NCBI GenBank assembly: GCA_031414535.1
Contig: JANNVQ010000029.1
Coordinates: 1 to 64,000, forward strand
Direction of reading: 5' to 3'
Length of the DNA stretch: 64,000 nt
Origin: Gemmatimonas sp.
GTDB taxonomy: Bacteria > Gemmatimonadota > Gemmatimonadetes > Gemmatimonadales > Gemmatimonadaceae
Part shown: positions 20,008-29,284 of the stretch, one piece after another
How positions within the stretch are numbered: the first letter of the stretch is position 1
Layout of the letters: every line of letters starts with the position of its first letter
Translations under genes and position numbers: made by a program
Notes under the pieces: model-generated
The model's input: only the letters and a program-made list of their open reading frames with translations
Database searches by the model: none
Told to the model about the DNA's origin: nothing

Positions 20008-20732
20008 GCGGAACCCACGCCCCGCTCTCGGGGCGTACGGCGCTTGTCACCGGCGCTACGCGGGGAATTGGTGCGTCCGTCGCGCGCGCCCAGGCCCATG
20101 CCGGGGCGCGCGTTGCCTTGGTGGCCCGTTCAGAAGCAGAACTCAAGGCCATGGCGGAGGCGCTGCCGCACGCGGCGGTCGCCATCCCTGCCGACCTCTC
20201 AACGCCCGGCGCGGCCGTCGATGCGGCGTCGAGCGCTCAGGCGGCCTTCGGTGGCGCGCCGGACATCGTCGTGCTCTCTGCGGGAATCTTTCCGCTGGGG
20301 CCAATCGAGGCTACGAGCGAGGCTGAACTCGAGATGGCCTTCGCGCTGAACACACTGGCACCGATGCGGATTGTGCGGGAGCTACTGCCTGCGATGCGGA
20401 GCCGCGCCGCGGGGCACGTGGTTTTCTTAGGCTCGATTGCCGACCGTCACGTATTTCCTTCTAATGCGGTGTACGCGGCGACCAAGCATGCGCTGCGCGC
20501 CGCCGCCGAGGCCTTGAGGGCCGAATCGCGGGGGACCGGGGTGCGGACTTCGCTCGTGTCGCCAGCGGCGACGGACACGCCAATCTGGGACCCACACGAC
20601 CCAGACGGTTCCGTGCATCTGCCCAATCGCGACGAGATGCTGCGCGCTGAGGATGTGGCGGATGCGGTGCTGTGGGTGGTGACGCGGCCCGCTCATGTGA
20701 ACGTGGACGAGCTTCGTTTGTCACGAAGCTGA
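20004..20732 (+). CDS. SDR-family NAD(P)-dependent oxidoreductase
   Basis: 'TGATRGIG' and 'YAATK'; ATGA-coupled to folE. Confidence 0.92.
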   Translation: MSGTHAPLSGRTALVTGATRGIGASVARAQAHAGARVALVARSEAELKAMAEALPHAAVAIPADLSTPGAAVDAASSAQAAFGGAPDIVVLSAGIFPLGPIEATSEAELEMAFALNTLAPMRIVRELLPAMRSRAAGHVVFLGSIADRHVFPSNAVYAATKHALRAAAEALRAESRGTGVRTSLVSPAATDTPIWDPHDPDGSVHLPNRDEMLRAEDVADAVLWVVTRPAHVNVDELRLSRS

Positions 20733-20762
20733 GCGGCGGGTCACCACGGAGGTAGTCGGTCC

Positions 20763-21896
20763 TTAGCCCGCCCCCACGCCAGAGAGTATGTCGTCCTCGA
20801 ACTCGTCGGCCAGTGACTTGCACACCGCGTCGAGTGAACCAGTCACCGCGTGAATCGCGCGCTGGCGCTCTGCACTCGTAGGCGCACCGTTGGCGAGTAA
20901 TTTCAGGCTGTGGGCGTGGCGCGAATTGCCATCGAGATGACCGTCAGCAATCAGCTCCTCGAGTAGTCGCTGGAGGTGGCGGCGCGCCGGAAGGTGCGTG
21001 CCATCGTTGCCGATTACCAACTCCGCGTCCATCCCGTGCCGCGAGGCACGCCACTTGTTCTCGCGAATGCGCCAGGCCGGCGGGAAGCTGCGCCCTTGGC
21101 CCGCAGCCACACGGGCGCCGGCGCGTCTCGCCAGCCCTTGGGCGAGTGCTACAATCATTGCGGTCTCGCGGATGGTGGCGAGGCCGTCACAGATGCGAAT
21201 CTCAATCGTGCCGTAGCGCGGGCTGGGGCGAATGTCCCACCACAGGTCCTTCAGCGACGTAATGGCTTCTGCACGCTGCAAGACGGCGACTAGCTCGCAG
21301 AACTCATTCCAGTCGTGTACCAAGGTGGGTGTGCCGCCGGTGGGGAGGGCCTCGAACACGGTGATGCGCGAGGATGCCAGGCCCGTGGCATCGCCTTCCC
21401 AGAACGGCGAACTCGTAGAGGCGGCCAGTAGCAGCGCCAGATCGTGGAGCAGTTCGTTCTGGATAGAGATGGCCGTCTCGGGGTCGGACATACCGATGTG
21501 CACGTGAAGGCCGAAGATTTGCAAACGACGGGCAATCCACTGGTTCCGCGCGATGAGGCCGTGATAGCGGTCCGCGGGAAACAGCTTGCGCTCTTGGTAG
21601 CGCGCGGTGGGGTGCGTGCCCGAGGCGATGAAACGCACATCGAGTGACTTCGCAATCGGCATCAGCTTCGTGGCGGTGGCGCGAAGATCCTCCTCGGCGT
21701 GATCAGCGTCGCGGCAGATGCCCGTGCTGAGCTCAATCATGCTCTGGAAGATCTCGGGTTGGACCGTGGCTGGACCCGACCAGCGGTGCAGGAGCTGGGG
21801 AGCCTTGGGAGTCAGATCGTGAGTGTTGCGATCGACGATCTGTAGCTCCACCTCAACGCCGAGCGTGAATGGCTCGGACTTGGCGAATTCGAGCAT
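20763..21896 (-). CDS. ybdK: Glutamate--cysteine ligase 2 / carboxylate-amine ligase
   Basis: 'TLGVEVELQIVD', 'FGLHVHIG', 'SSPFW', 'WWDIRPSPRYGTIEIRICD'. Confidence 0.93.
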   Translation of the reverse strand: MLEFAKSEPFTLGVEVELQIVDRNTHDLTPKAPQLLHRWSGPATVQPEIFQSMIELSTGICRDADHAEEDLRATATKLMPIAKSLDVRFIASGTHPTARYQERKLFPADRYHGLIARNQWIARRLQIFGLHVHIGMSDPETAISIQNELLHDLALLLAASTSSPFWEGDATGLASSRITVFEALPTGGTPTLVHDWNEFCELVAVLQRAEAITSLKDLWWDIRPSPRYGTIEIRICDGLATIRETAMIVALAQGLARRAGARVAAGQGRSFPPAWRIRENKWRASRHGMDAELVIGNDGTHLPARRHLQRLLEELIADGHLDGNSRHAHSLKLLANGAPTSAERQRAIHAVTGSLDAVCKSLADEFEDDILSGVGAG

Positions 21897-21983
21897 GAGC
21901 TTGGGGGTGGGAGGGCGGCGCGCGCTGAGTGCGGCAACACCGACAGACTAGCTTCTACCCCTCAGGGTAATCAATGTTTCGCC

Positions 21984-22610
21984 ATGCGCCTAGAACTCGC
22001 CGAAAAATTAATCTGCCCCGCCGCGCACGAAGCGACTCCCCTCATCGTTGTCGCGCAGGAAACACGCGAGCGCGATCTGCGTGTTGCACAGTTGGGCTGC
22101 ATGTTGTGCCGCCGCGCAGGTGAAGTACGCGATGGAAGTGTACACCTCGGGCAGCGTGGCGCTCGGCCACACGAAGAGCCACCACATGCTGTGACGGCTG
22201 ATGCATTCCTACGGCTCGCGGCGCTACTCGGCCTCAATGAATCCAACGCACTCGTGTTGCTCGGCGCCAGCTACGCATTGTTCGCACCGCAGCTCATTGA
22301 GGCCCACGAGGCAATCGTGGCCGTGTACGATGCCACGGGCGCGAGCCCGTCAGACGTCGGACACATTCAGGTCGCTGAGGAGTGCGTACCGTTCAGCTCT
22401 GGGACATTCGCCGCTGCGGCGCTCGACGGATCGATGAGCGCCACCACAATAGCCGATGCGGTGCGCTGCGTGCGCGTCGGTGGTCGCATTGTCGGCGAGG
22501 CTGCGGTGAGCACGCCGCGCGGGGTGCGCGAGTTGGCGCGTGATGCGGAGGGCTGGGTTGGTGAAGTCGAGGCGGCGGCGAGCCCAGTCATACCGTTGCG
22601 GCGAGCCTAG
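21984..22610 (+). CDS. Hypothetical protein (Trm112-like N-terminus, degenerate methyltransferase-like C-terminus)
   Basis: 'LICPAAH...LGCMLC'; 'VPFSSGTF...VRVGGRI'. Confidence 0.55.
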   Translation: MRLELAEKLICPAAHEATPLIVVAQETRERDLRVAQLGCMLCRRAGEVRDGSVHLGQRGARPHEEPPHAVTADAFLRLAALLGLNESNALVLLGASYALFAPQLIEAHEAIVAVYDATGASPSDVGHIQVAEECVPFSSGTFAAAALDGSMSATTIADAVRCVRVGGRIVGEAAVSTPRGVRELARDAEGWVGEVEAAASPVIPLRRA

Positions 22611-23305
22611 CGGAGCTTGAACGCGGCGCCAACTTGCAGACGGAGTTCGTGCCGCGGCGGTGACTTGGTGTAGTTCTCGGGGCTGAACGGACCGTCGCTC
22701 GGATGCGGCATGAGCTTGGGCGCCCAATAGGCATCTTCCACGGAAAGTTGAATGCCGACGCGCTCCGTGGCCGAGTAGCGCGCCCGGAGTCCCATGAGGA
22801 CGCCGAACGCGGTGCTCCGAGTTGGCGCGTTGTAGAACACTTGGTTCTCATCGTACGCGTCGCCCGACATGAAGAACAACGTGGGCGCCAGCAATGCACT
22901 CACCGCAATGCGATCGCGATCCACGAAACGGAGCGACGGTCCCATCCAAAACGAGGTCACGGCACCGCTGTAGGTGCTCGTGAGCAAGAAGGGTCCCGTG
23001 GGATCTCCGGTCCCTGTGGTTGAGATGCTGCGCTCGATGCCATGGTGCAAGAATCCGACTTCGCCAAACCAGTGGCTGCGGATGGCGAACGTGGCGGCGG
23101 CGCCGAGGGCCATGCCTGCATCGCGGCTCCCGCGCTGGCGGGTGTAGTTCGACGGCGGGAGTGGCGTCGAAATCACACGGTCGAACTCTTCAGCCGGGCT
23201 TCGCACGCTGCCACCGAGCAGCACGAACTCGGCGCGTTGGGCCATCAGTGGAGTCGCCGCGATGATACCCAACGCGGCGGAAACCACGACGGCACGCAAA
23301 CTCAT
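22607..23305 (-). CDS. Outer-membrane beta-barrel protein
   Basis: Signal peptide, alternating beta pattern, C-terminal 'QVGAAFKL'. Confidence 0.65.
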   Translation of the reverse strand: MSLRAVVVSAALGIIAATPLMAQRAEFVLLGGSVRSPAEEFDRVISTPLPPSNYTRQRGSRDAGMALGAAATFAIRSHWFGEVGFLHHGIERSISTTGTGDPTGPFLLTSTYSGAVTSFWMGPSLRFVDRDRIAVSALLAPTLFFMSGDAYDENQVFYNAPTRSTAFGVLMGLRARYSATERVGIQLSVEDAYWAPKLMPHPSDGPFSPENYTKSPPRHELRLQVGAAFKLR

Positions 23306-25119
23306 TCACCGCCCTCGTACAGGCTGTCAATGAGAGGCTTGTACTGCGTATCAATCACCTTTCGCTTCACGCTGAGCTTGGGCGTCAGTTCGCCGCGCTC
23401 GATGGTGAAGTCGTGCTCGAGCAGTCCGACCTTCTTCGGCGTCTCGAAGCTCGCGAGCCCAACCAGTGTGCTGCGCACTTCCTTGTCCATCTTCGCTTGG
23501 ATGGTCGGCATTGCCAGCAGTTGCTTACGGTCGGTCCAAATGATGTTCTTGAGCCCTGCCCACTTCTCGAGATTGTCCCAGTTGGGCACGATGAGCACCG
23601 CGGGAAACTTCCGCTTGTCGCCAATCATCACGGCCTGCGAGACATACTTGTTGGCCTTGATGCGATTCTCGATCGGCTGCGGCGCGATGTTCTTGCCGCC
23701 CGCGGTCACGATGATGTCTTTTTTGCGGTCGGTGATGCGCAGGAAGCCGTCTTCGAGTACGCCCACGTCGCCGGTGTGGAACCAGCCGTCGGCATCAATG
23801 CACTCGGCGGTGGCGTCGGGCCGGTTGTAGTAGCCCTTCATCACGTGGGGGCCACGGGTGAGAATCTCGCCGTCCGCGGCGATCTGCACTTCTACGCCCG
23901 CCACAGGCTTGCCCACCGAGCCAATACGGAAGGCATCGTCGGAATTCACGGCAATCACCGGTGAGGTTTCGGTGAGGCCGTAGCCCTCGAGGATCTTCAG
24001 GCCGGCGGCATAGAAGAACTTGTTGATGCTCGGGTTGAGCGGTGCGCCACCGGACACGAAGTACCGCAGACGACCGCCGGTACGCTCAATCAGTTTACTG
24101 AATACCAACTTGGTGGCGATGCCGTACTTCCACGCGAGGAAGCCGCCAGGCTCGCGGCCGGCCAGCTTCTCGTCGGCCCACTTGTCGGCGACGGCGACGG
24201 CCCACTTGAAGATGGTGGCCTTGACCGCGCCACCGCTAACGGCGTTTTCGAGCACGCGCGCGTACATCTTCTCGAACAGGCGCGGCACCGACATGCAGAA
24301 GTGCGGCTTCACCTCGGAGAGGTTGAGCGGCACGGTATCGATGCTCTCTGCGTACGCGATGCTTACGCCGCAGCAGAAGAACAAGTAATCGCCCATGCGC
24401 TCGAAGATGTGCGAGAGCGGGAGGAAGCTCAGGGCCACCTCGCCCGGACGCACGGGCACCTTCACTTCAGATGCCTTCACATTGGAGTAGATGTTGTCGT
24501 GCGTGAGCATCACACCCTTGGGCAGGCCCGTCGTGCCCGAGGTGTAGATCAAGGTGGCCAGGTCATCGGGCTGCACGGTGAGCGCGGCGGCCTTGAAAGC
24601 GGACGCTTTCTCCGCGCTATCGAGCGCTGCACCCTTCGCTTCCAACTCTGCGAAGGTCATGTCGGCGCCATCGGGCTTGGCATCCACGAAGGAGATCACG
24701 TAGCGCACCGTCTTCAGCTCGCCGCGCACCTGCTTCACCTTCGCCGCCTGCTCAGGCGTGGAGACGAAGAGCGCTGCGGCCCCCGAGTCGTTGAGCGGAT
24801 GTACGATCTGCTCGGCGGGCAGGGTGGGGTACACGGGCACGTCCGTCATGCCGCTGCAGAGGCAGGCCCAGTCGGAGAGCGCCCACTCCGGCCGATTCTC
24901 GGACATGATGCCCACGCGGTCGCCGCGCTTCACGCCGATGGCTTCGAGTCCCAGCGCCATGTGCCGCACCCGCCGCAGGACGTCCTTGTGGGAGATGGAC
25001 TGGTAGCGGCCGTCCTTCTTGACCTGGTAGGCCGCTGGCAAGTCGTGCGTCTCGACGGCGTTGAAGAAGATCTGCGTGAGCGTGCCCGGATTGAGTCGCG
25101 GGCCTCCAGATGCATGCAT
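23302..25119 (-). CDS. Long-chain fatty acid--CoA ligase
   Basis: 'YTSGTTGLPKG', 'EGYGLTE', 'FHTGD', 'ITDRKKD'. Confidence 0.95.
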   Translation of the reverse strand: MHASGGPRLNPGTLTQIFFNAVETHDLPAAYQVKKDGRYQSISHKDVLRRVRHMALGLEAIGVKRGDRVGIMSENRPEWALSDWACLCSGMTDVPVYPTLPAEQIVHPLNDSGAAALFVSTPEQAAKVKQVRGELKTVRYVISFVDAKPDGADMTFAELEAKGAALDSAEKASAFKAAALTVQPDDLATLIYTSGTTGLPKGVMLTHDNIYSNVKASEVKVPVRPGEVALSFLPLSHIFERMGDYLFFCCGVSIAYAESIDTVPLNLSEVKPHFCMSVPRLFEKMYARVLENAVSGGAVKATIFKWAVAVADKWADEKLAGREPGGFLAWKYGIATKLVFSKLIERTGGRLRYFVSGGAPLNPSINKFFYAAGLKILEGYGLTETSPVIAVNSDDAFRIGSVGKPVAGVEVQIAADGEILTRGPHVMKGYYNRPDATAECIDADGWFHTGDVGVLEDGFLRITDRKKDIIVTAGGKNIAPQPIENRIKANKYVSQAVMIGDKRKFPAVLIVPNWDNLEKWAGLKNIIWTDRKQLLAMPTIQAKMDKEVRSTLVGLASFETPKKVGLLEHDFTIERGELTPKLSVKRKVIDTQYKPLIDSLYEGGE

Positions 25120-25141
25120 CAGACGAGTCTCAGGTGGGAGT

Positions 25142-25933
25142 TCAGATGGTGGGGGGCGAGATCGTCACGACGTAGCGGACTGGACTGCCCGGAACGTGTG
25201 CCCCTCGTGATTTGATCTCAGCGACGACGATAAAACTGTCTACTTGGACCGGCAGCAGGTTGGCGTAAATGCGCAGACGGCGCGTGGACGTGCCATCCGT
25301 CTTGGTGGTGTCGGTAAGAGAATGCCGCGTCCCAGCTGCGGCCCAGAGGGCGACTTTCGTGGTGTCCGTCACCGCAAGAGTGTCACCGTTATGGACAATT
25401 CGCCACCGCACGCGCCAGCCTGCCACGTTGGGGCTCGTCGCCCCCGCGGTGTCGCGGCTCTGGAGCGTCAGGGCGAGCGCCGCACTCACGTTGCTCGCGG
25501 CGTCTGGAATGCGGTACGTGAACGCGATGTTCCTCGTGGGCGCCGCGACGCTGTCCGGCCTGCGAGTGACTTGCACCGTGCGCTGCTGCGACTGCAGTCC
25601 ATTGATGGACGCCACGAGCCGGACCACGCCATCGCGACGTGTGGCCGTGAGGTATCCGTTGGCATCAATTGCGACGCCGGTGTCGAGCGCGAAATAGCTC
25701 ACCGCCGCACCCGGCACCTCCTCTCCGCGGCCATTGTACACGGTCGCCAGGAGCGGAGTCGCCACGCCATTCCCATCGCGCAGGGTGTCGCCCGTGACGA
25801 GGGCAGGGAAGGCAATGCCCGTGAAGTCGATGGCGGCCACGTCGTTGGGACCAGTGACCGCATCGCTGCAGGCAAGGAACCCCGCCAGCGCAATGAGGAG
25901 CGGGGCGGCGAGCCGTCCCCGAGGCGCCGTCAT
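25142..25933 (-). CDS. Ig-like lipoprotein
   Basis: Lipobox 'FLAC' after ATG 25933 (ATGA overlap with the ParA stop); beta-rich. Confidence 0.7.
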   Translation of the reverse strand: MTAPRGRLAAPLLIALAGFLACSDAVTGPNDVAAIDFTGIAFPALVTGDTLRDGNGVATPLLATVYNGRGEEVPGAAVSYFALDTGVAIDANGYLTATRRDGVVRLVASINGLQSQQRTVQVTRRPDSVAAPTRNIAFTYRIPDAASNVSAALALTLQSRDTAGATSPNVAGWRVRWRIVHNGDTLAVTDTTKVALWAAAGTRHSLTDTTKTDGTSTRRLRIYANLLPVQVDSFIVVAEIKSRGAHVPGSPVRYVVTISPPTI

Positions 25934-26700
25934 TCTGCCGCGCGCTCCGCGAGCTTGGTCGCGAGGTTCACATAAGCCTGCGATGCCGGATCCGCTGGGG
26001 ATCGCACCACGGCTGGCTGACCTGCGGCAAAGGCCTCGGACAGCGCAAAGGAGCGCGGAATGACGATGTCGAGCATCAGATGCGGTGGGACCTTTTCGCG
26101 GATGTACTGCACCGTGCTCTCGCAAGCGGGATTCCCCGCCTCGTACATCGTGAGCAGGATGCCATCAAAGACCAAGGACTCGTGGGTGGTCACGATATCC
26201 TGTATACCCCGGAGAATCTGTGGAGTCGTCTGCAGCGCGAGCGGCTCCGCCTGAAGTGGAACCAGCACCCGGTCGGCGGACGCCAGCGTCCGACGCGTCA
26301 CGGGGCCGAGGCCCGGCGGCGTATCCACCACGACGATATCGCAGCGTTCCTTGGCGGCCGCGAGCATACGCGGCAGCAGGTCGCTACTGGCAATCTGCTC
26401 CTGATAGTTCGTGTGGTCCGCGAGGTCGGTCACGCTGCCGGCCAGCATCACGCGCATCCACGGAAGCGTCGTGGGCAGCAAGACCTCACGGAGCGAGCGC
26501 TCGCCACTGAGGTAATCGGCAAATCCGTACGTGGGGTGATCCTTGCGCAGGCCGGCGCCAAAGCGCACCGAGCCCTGCGGATCCACATCCACGAGGAGCG
26601 TCTTCATCCCGCGCCGCGCGAAGGCAGCGGCGAGGTTCACGGCAGTCGTCGTTTTACCGACGCCGCCCTTCTGGCTAACAATCGCGAGGACCTTGCCCAA
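25930..26700 (-). CDS. ParA/Soj-family ATPase (orphan)
   Basis: 'QKGGVGKTTT', 'DVDPQG', 'VDTPPG'. Confidence 0.92.
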   Translation of the reverse strand: MGKVLAIVSQKGGVGKTTTAVNLAAAFARRGMKTLLVDVDPQGSVRFGAGLRKDHPTYGFADYLSGERSLREVLLPTTLPWMRVMLAGSVTDLADHTNYQEQIASSDLLPRMLAAAKERCDIVVVDTPPGLGPVTRRTLASADRVLVPLQAEPLALQTTPQILRGIQDIVTTHESLVFDGILLTMYEAGNPACESTVQYIREKVPPHLMLDIVIPRSFALSEAFAAGQPAVVRSPADPASQAYVNLATKLAERAAE

Positions 26701-26702
26701 AC

Positions 26703-27155
26703 TTAAAGACCGGTCGAAGGTGAGGAGCTGTCCGTGGCGACAAGCTGGTCGAGCGTGGCCTGTGCGTGCGCGACCCAGCGTTCGGCATCGGGGCCGGAGG
26801 GCGCGTGCGCAAGAAAGGCCTTGAGATGCTTCACGGCGAACTGCGATTCGCCGCGCTTGATGAGCAAAAACGCGAGTCCATAGTGCGCGCCGGAGAGTGT
26901 GGAATCAATCTCCAACGCCTTGCGGTAAGCGCGGATGGCTTCTTCCACGCGGCCAATCTTTGACAGGGCGATGGCGAGGTTTTGCAGAACCTTCAGATCG
27001 TCCGGATGCTCGCGCAGAGCGAGGCGGTAGGAGGTCACCGCCGCGTCGTAATCACCCTGACGCTCCAGAATCAGCGCCTCGTTCAGATAGTCGAGGCGCT
27101 GCCGATTTTGGACGGTCTCGGAGCGGCCGCCAAAGAGGCGGTCCCAAAGGGACAT
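26703..27155 (-). CDS. Tetratricopeptide-repeat protein
   Basis: TPR units, e.g. 'NLAIALSKIGRVEEAIRAYRKAL'. Confidence 0.9.
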   Translation of the reverse strand: MSLWDRLFGGRSETVQNRQRLDYLNEALILERQGDYDAAVTSYRLALREHPDDLKVLQNLAIALSKIGRVEEAIRAYRKALEIDSTLSGAHYGLAFLLIKRGESQFAVKHLKAFLAHAPSGPDAERWVAHAQATLDQLVATDSSSPSTGL

Positions 27156-27201
27156 AGGGCTGAGGCTGGGGACGTGCGGAAGCTATAGATGAGGCGCTGG
27201 G

Positions 27202-27274
27202 GACGGAAGACTTTGGGGACGGATGACGGATGACGGATGCAAGGCGCTAAGCATCCGTCATCCGTCTTCCGTCC
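27202..27274. repeat. Palindromic GACGGAT heptamer element
   Basis: GACGGAA..3xGACGGAT GC-N10-GC ATCCGTC ATCCGTC TTCCGTC. Confidence 0.85.
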
Positions 27275-27301
27275 AAGCCCCCCCAGCATAGCTTCAATCA
27301 T

Positions 27302-27814
27302 ATGCCATACCGAAAGAAGGCTCCCCAAGAAGTCTTCACCGTCGACTGGCCGCTCTTCGGCGAACTTTCGCGCGCCCTCGCGCTGAAGGTGTCCAAGGAC
27401 TTTACCCCCGATCTCGTGGTGGGCATCGCGACGGCGGGCGTCGTCCCAGGCGCCGTGGTGGCCGCGATGCTGGACCGGCCCTTCCATTCGATGATTGTTT
27501 CGCGGCGCTACCACTCCGCCACCGTCCGCGAGACGCCAGCGGTGCTCTCGGCAGCTCCTGCGGATGCCATCGGCAAGCGCGCGCTCATCGTGGACGAGAC
27601 CTGCAATGGCGGCGACACTATGCGGCTCGCGATTGCCGCGCTTGTCAACGCCGGCGTGAAGGAAGTGCGCACGGCCGTGAGCTTCAAGACGGGCCCGTAC
27701 ATGCCCGACTACTACGCGCTCGAGACCGAGGCGCGCATCGTGCTGCCCTGGGATCGTGAACAGATTGTGGACGGGCAGTTGGTGCCGAATCAGAAGTACC
27801 AAGGGCTTCTCTAG
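27302..27814 (+). CDS. Type I phosphoribosyltransferase
   Basis: PRPP loop 'LIVDETCNGGDT'; 'IVLPWD'. Confidence 0.88.
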   Translation: MPYRKKAPQEVFTVDWPLFGELSRALALKVSKDFTPDLVVGIATAGVVPGAVVAAMLDRPFHSMIVSRRYHSATVRETPAVLSAAPADAIGKRALIVDETCNGGDTMRLAIAALVNAGVKEVRTAVSFKTGPYMPDYYALETEARIVLPWDREQIVDGQLVPNQKYQGLL

Positions 27815-27870
27815 CGCTCTGCACCACGCTCGACTGGAACCGCTCGGACGCTACTTCGCTTCATAGGCCT

Positions 27871-28896
27871 ATGCGCATAAGGTTTTCACGCCACTCTGCT
27901 TCGCGTCTCGCTGCGCTCACGTTGTTCGCGGCCACTTCGCTCTCCTGCCGGGCGATTAGCCAACGCGCCACACCAGACACTGGCCTCAGCTCGGCGTATA
28001 CCGTCGCGCTCGGCTTCGATTCAGTCGGCCTTCGGGTTGTGCTTCCCCTGCAGAATGGCGAGGCGGCCGCGGCTCCGGCGTGGTTCGTGCTCCTCGAGAC
28101 TTCCGACGCTGAAGACGCGCGCCGACGCGGCATTCTTCATGTGCCGCGCCTAGGCGAGCTGCGCGGGTCCGCCGCCGTGCAGCGCGGGCGTTTCGAAGGC
28201 AACCGTCTCGTCGTGGAGTCGGGTGTCGACTTCTCCCCAGAGCGCCGTGTGGTCGTTGGGGCGGATGCGTTTCCCCCGACCAGCGCCGCGCCCGGCGCCA
28301 TCGGCCACGACGGGTACTCTCCGTATGTTGAGTTCCCCGACGGCATCGTACGCAACGTGCCGCTCATCGCCGACGCCGCGAGCCACGCGGATCGGGTGAT
28401 GCTCATCAATCGGGTGCAGGGTTGGGTGAGCATGCGCGTGACGCGCGGTTATGCCTCGGGTCGCACAGTCTGGTACGTCTCCACCGACGTCAGCGATCCC
28501 ATGGTCGCCGCAATCGAGGGCGCGACATTCGCACCGGCTCTCGCGAAGGCGGCGGCGGGAGCGGGCTCGGCGGACCTCGTCGCATTCGTGAACGGGCCAC
28601 GCGCCGCAGAAGATGCTGCCGAGCGCCATGGCATGCAGTCGGCGATGGCCGGCGAAGGCGATCCACTCAACATCCTTGCTGCCTTGCCCAACGAACCCTT
28701 GTACGCGCCGCTCTGGAACCTGCAGATGGCGATGTGGACGCCTCGTGCCGTCACCGATCGGCAGCGCGAACGCCTGCTGGGTTTCAATGAGGTGCGTGCT
28801 CGCATCGCGAACGGCCTCGCGGCGGGGATGGGAGCGGACGGCGCCCTCACGAACACGGGTGCGCTGGTGAACTGTCCTGTGGTGGCCTGGCGCTAA
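27871..28896 (+). CDS. Hypothetical secreted protein/lipoprotein
   Basis: Signal 'LSC'; 'WYVSTDVSD', 'YAPLW', C-terminal 'VNCPVV'. Confidence 0.65.
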   Translation: MRIRFSRHSASRLAALTLFAATSLSCRAISQRATPDTGLSSAYTVALGFDSVGLRVVLPLQNGEAAAAPAWFVLLETSDAEDARRRGILHVPRLGELRGSAAVQRGRFEGNRLVVESGVDFSPERRVVVGADAFPPTSAAPGAIGHDGYSPYVEFPDGIVRNVPLIADAASHADRVMLINRVQGWVSMRVTRGYASGRTVWYVSTDVSDPMVAAIEGATFAPALAKAAAGAGSADLVAFVNGPRAAEDAAERHGMQSAMAGEGDPLNILAALPNEPLYAPLWNLQMAMWTPRAVTDRQRERLLGFNEVRARIANGLAAGMGADGALTNTGALVNCPVVAWR

Positions 28897-28921
28897 GCGC
28901 CGGGTCCTACGCGAGCGCGCC

Positions 28922-29272
28922 CTACACGCGCGCGCCGAGTCCTTCGAGACTTCCTGCGAGCGCCGATCGCACCCGGTCGGGCGCCACGCCACGATGCGAT
29001 GCGTGCCAGAGCACCTTCCCATCCTCGATGATGAGGATCTGGGGAGACTCGTGGCGCACGCCGAGCCTCGCCTCGATGGCCTGCGAAAACGCGCGATTCG
29101 TGAAGACGTCCACGAGCTGAAGCTCGACGTCCTCCTCCTGGGAGAATTTGCCAAGTACGTGCTCGCTCCAACCGCAGAGTGAGCAGGTGGGTGAGTGCTT
29201 GTAGAGCACGGTCCGGCCGGGCTGGGCGATGAGATCGTCGACCGAGCTAAGGCGCAGTGGTACGATTGCCAT
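28922..29272 (-). CDS. YtxJ/BrxC-like thioredoxin-fold protein (DUF2847)
   Basis: 'YKHSPTCSLC', 'LGVRHESPQ', 'WHASH'. Confidence 0.85.
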   Translation of the reverse strand: MAIVPLRLSSVDDLIAQPGRTVLYKHSPTCSLCGWSEHVLGKFSQEEDVELQLVDVFTNRAFSQAIEARLGVRHESPQILIIEDGKVLWHASHRGVAPDRVRSALAGSLEGLGARV

Positions 29273-29284
29273 GTGCAAATTCTC

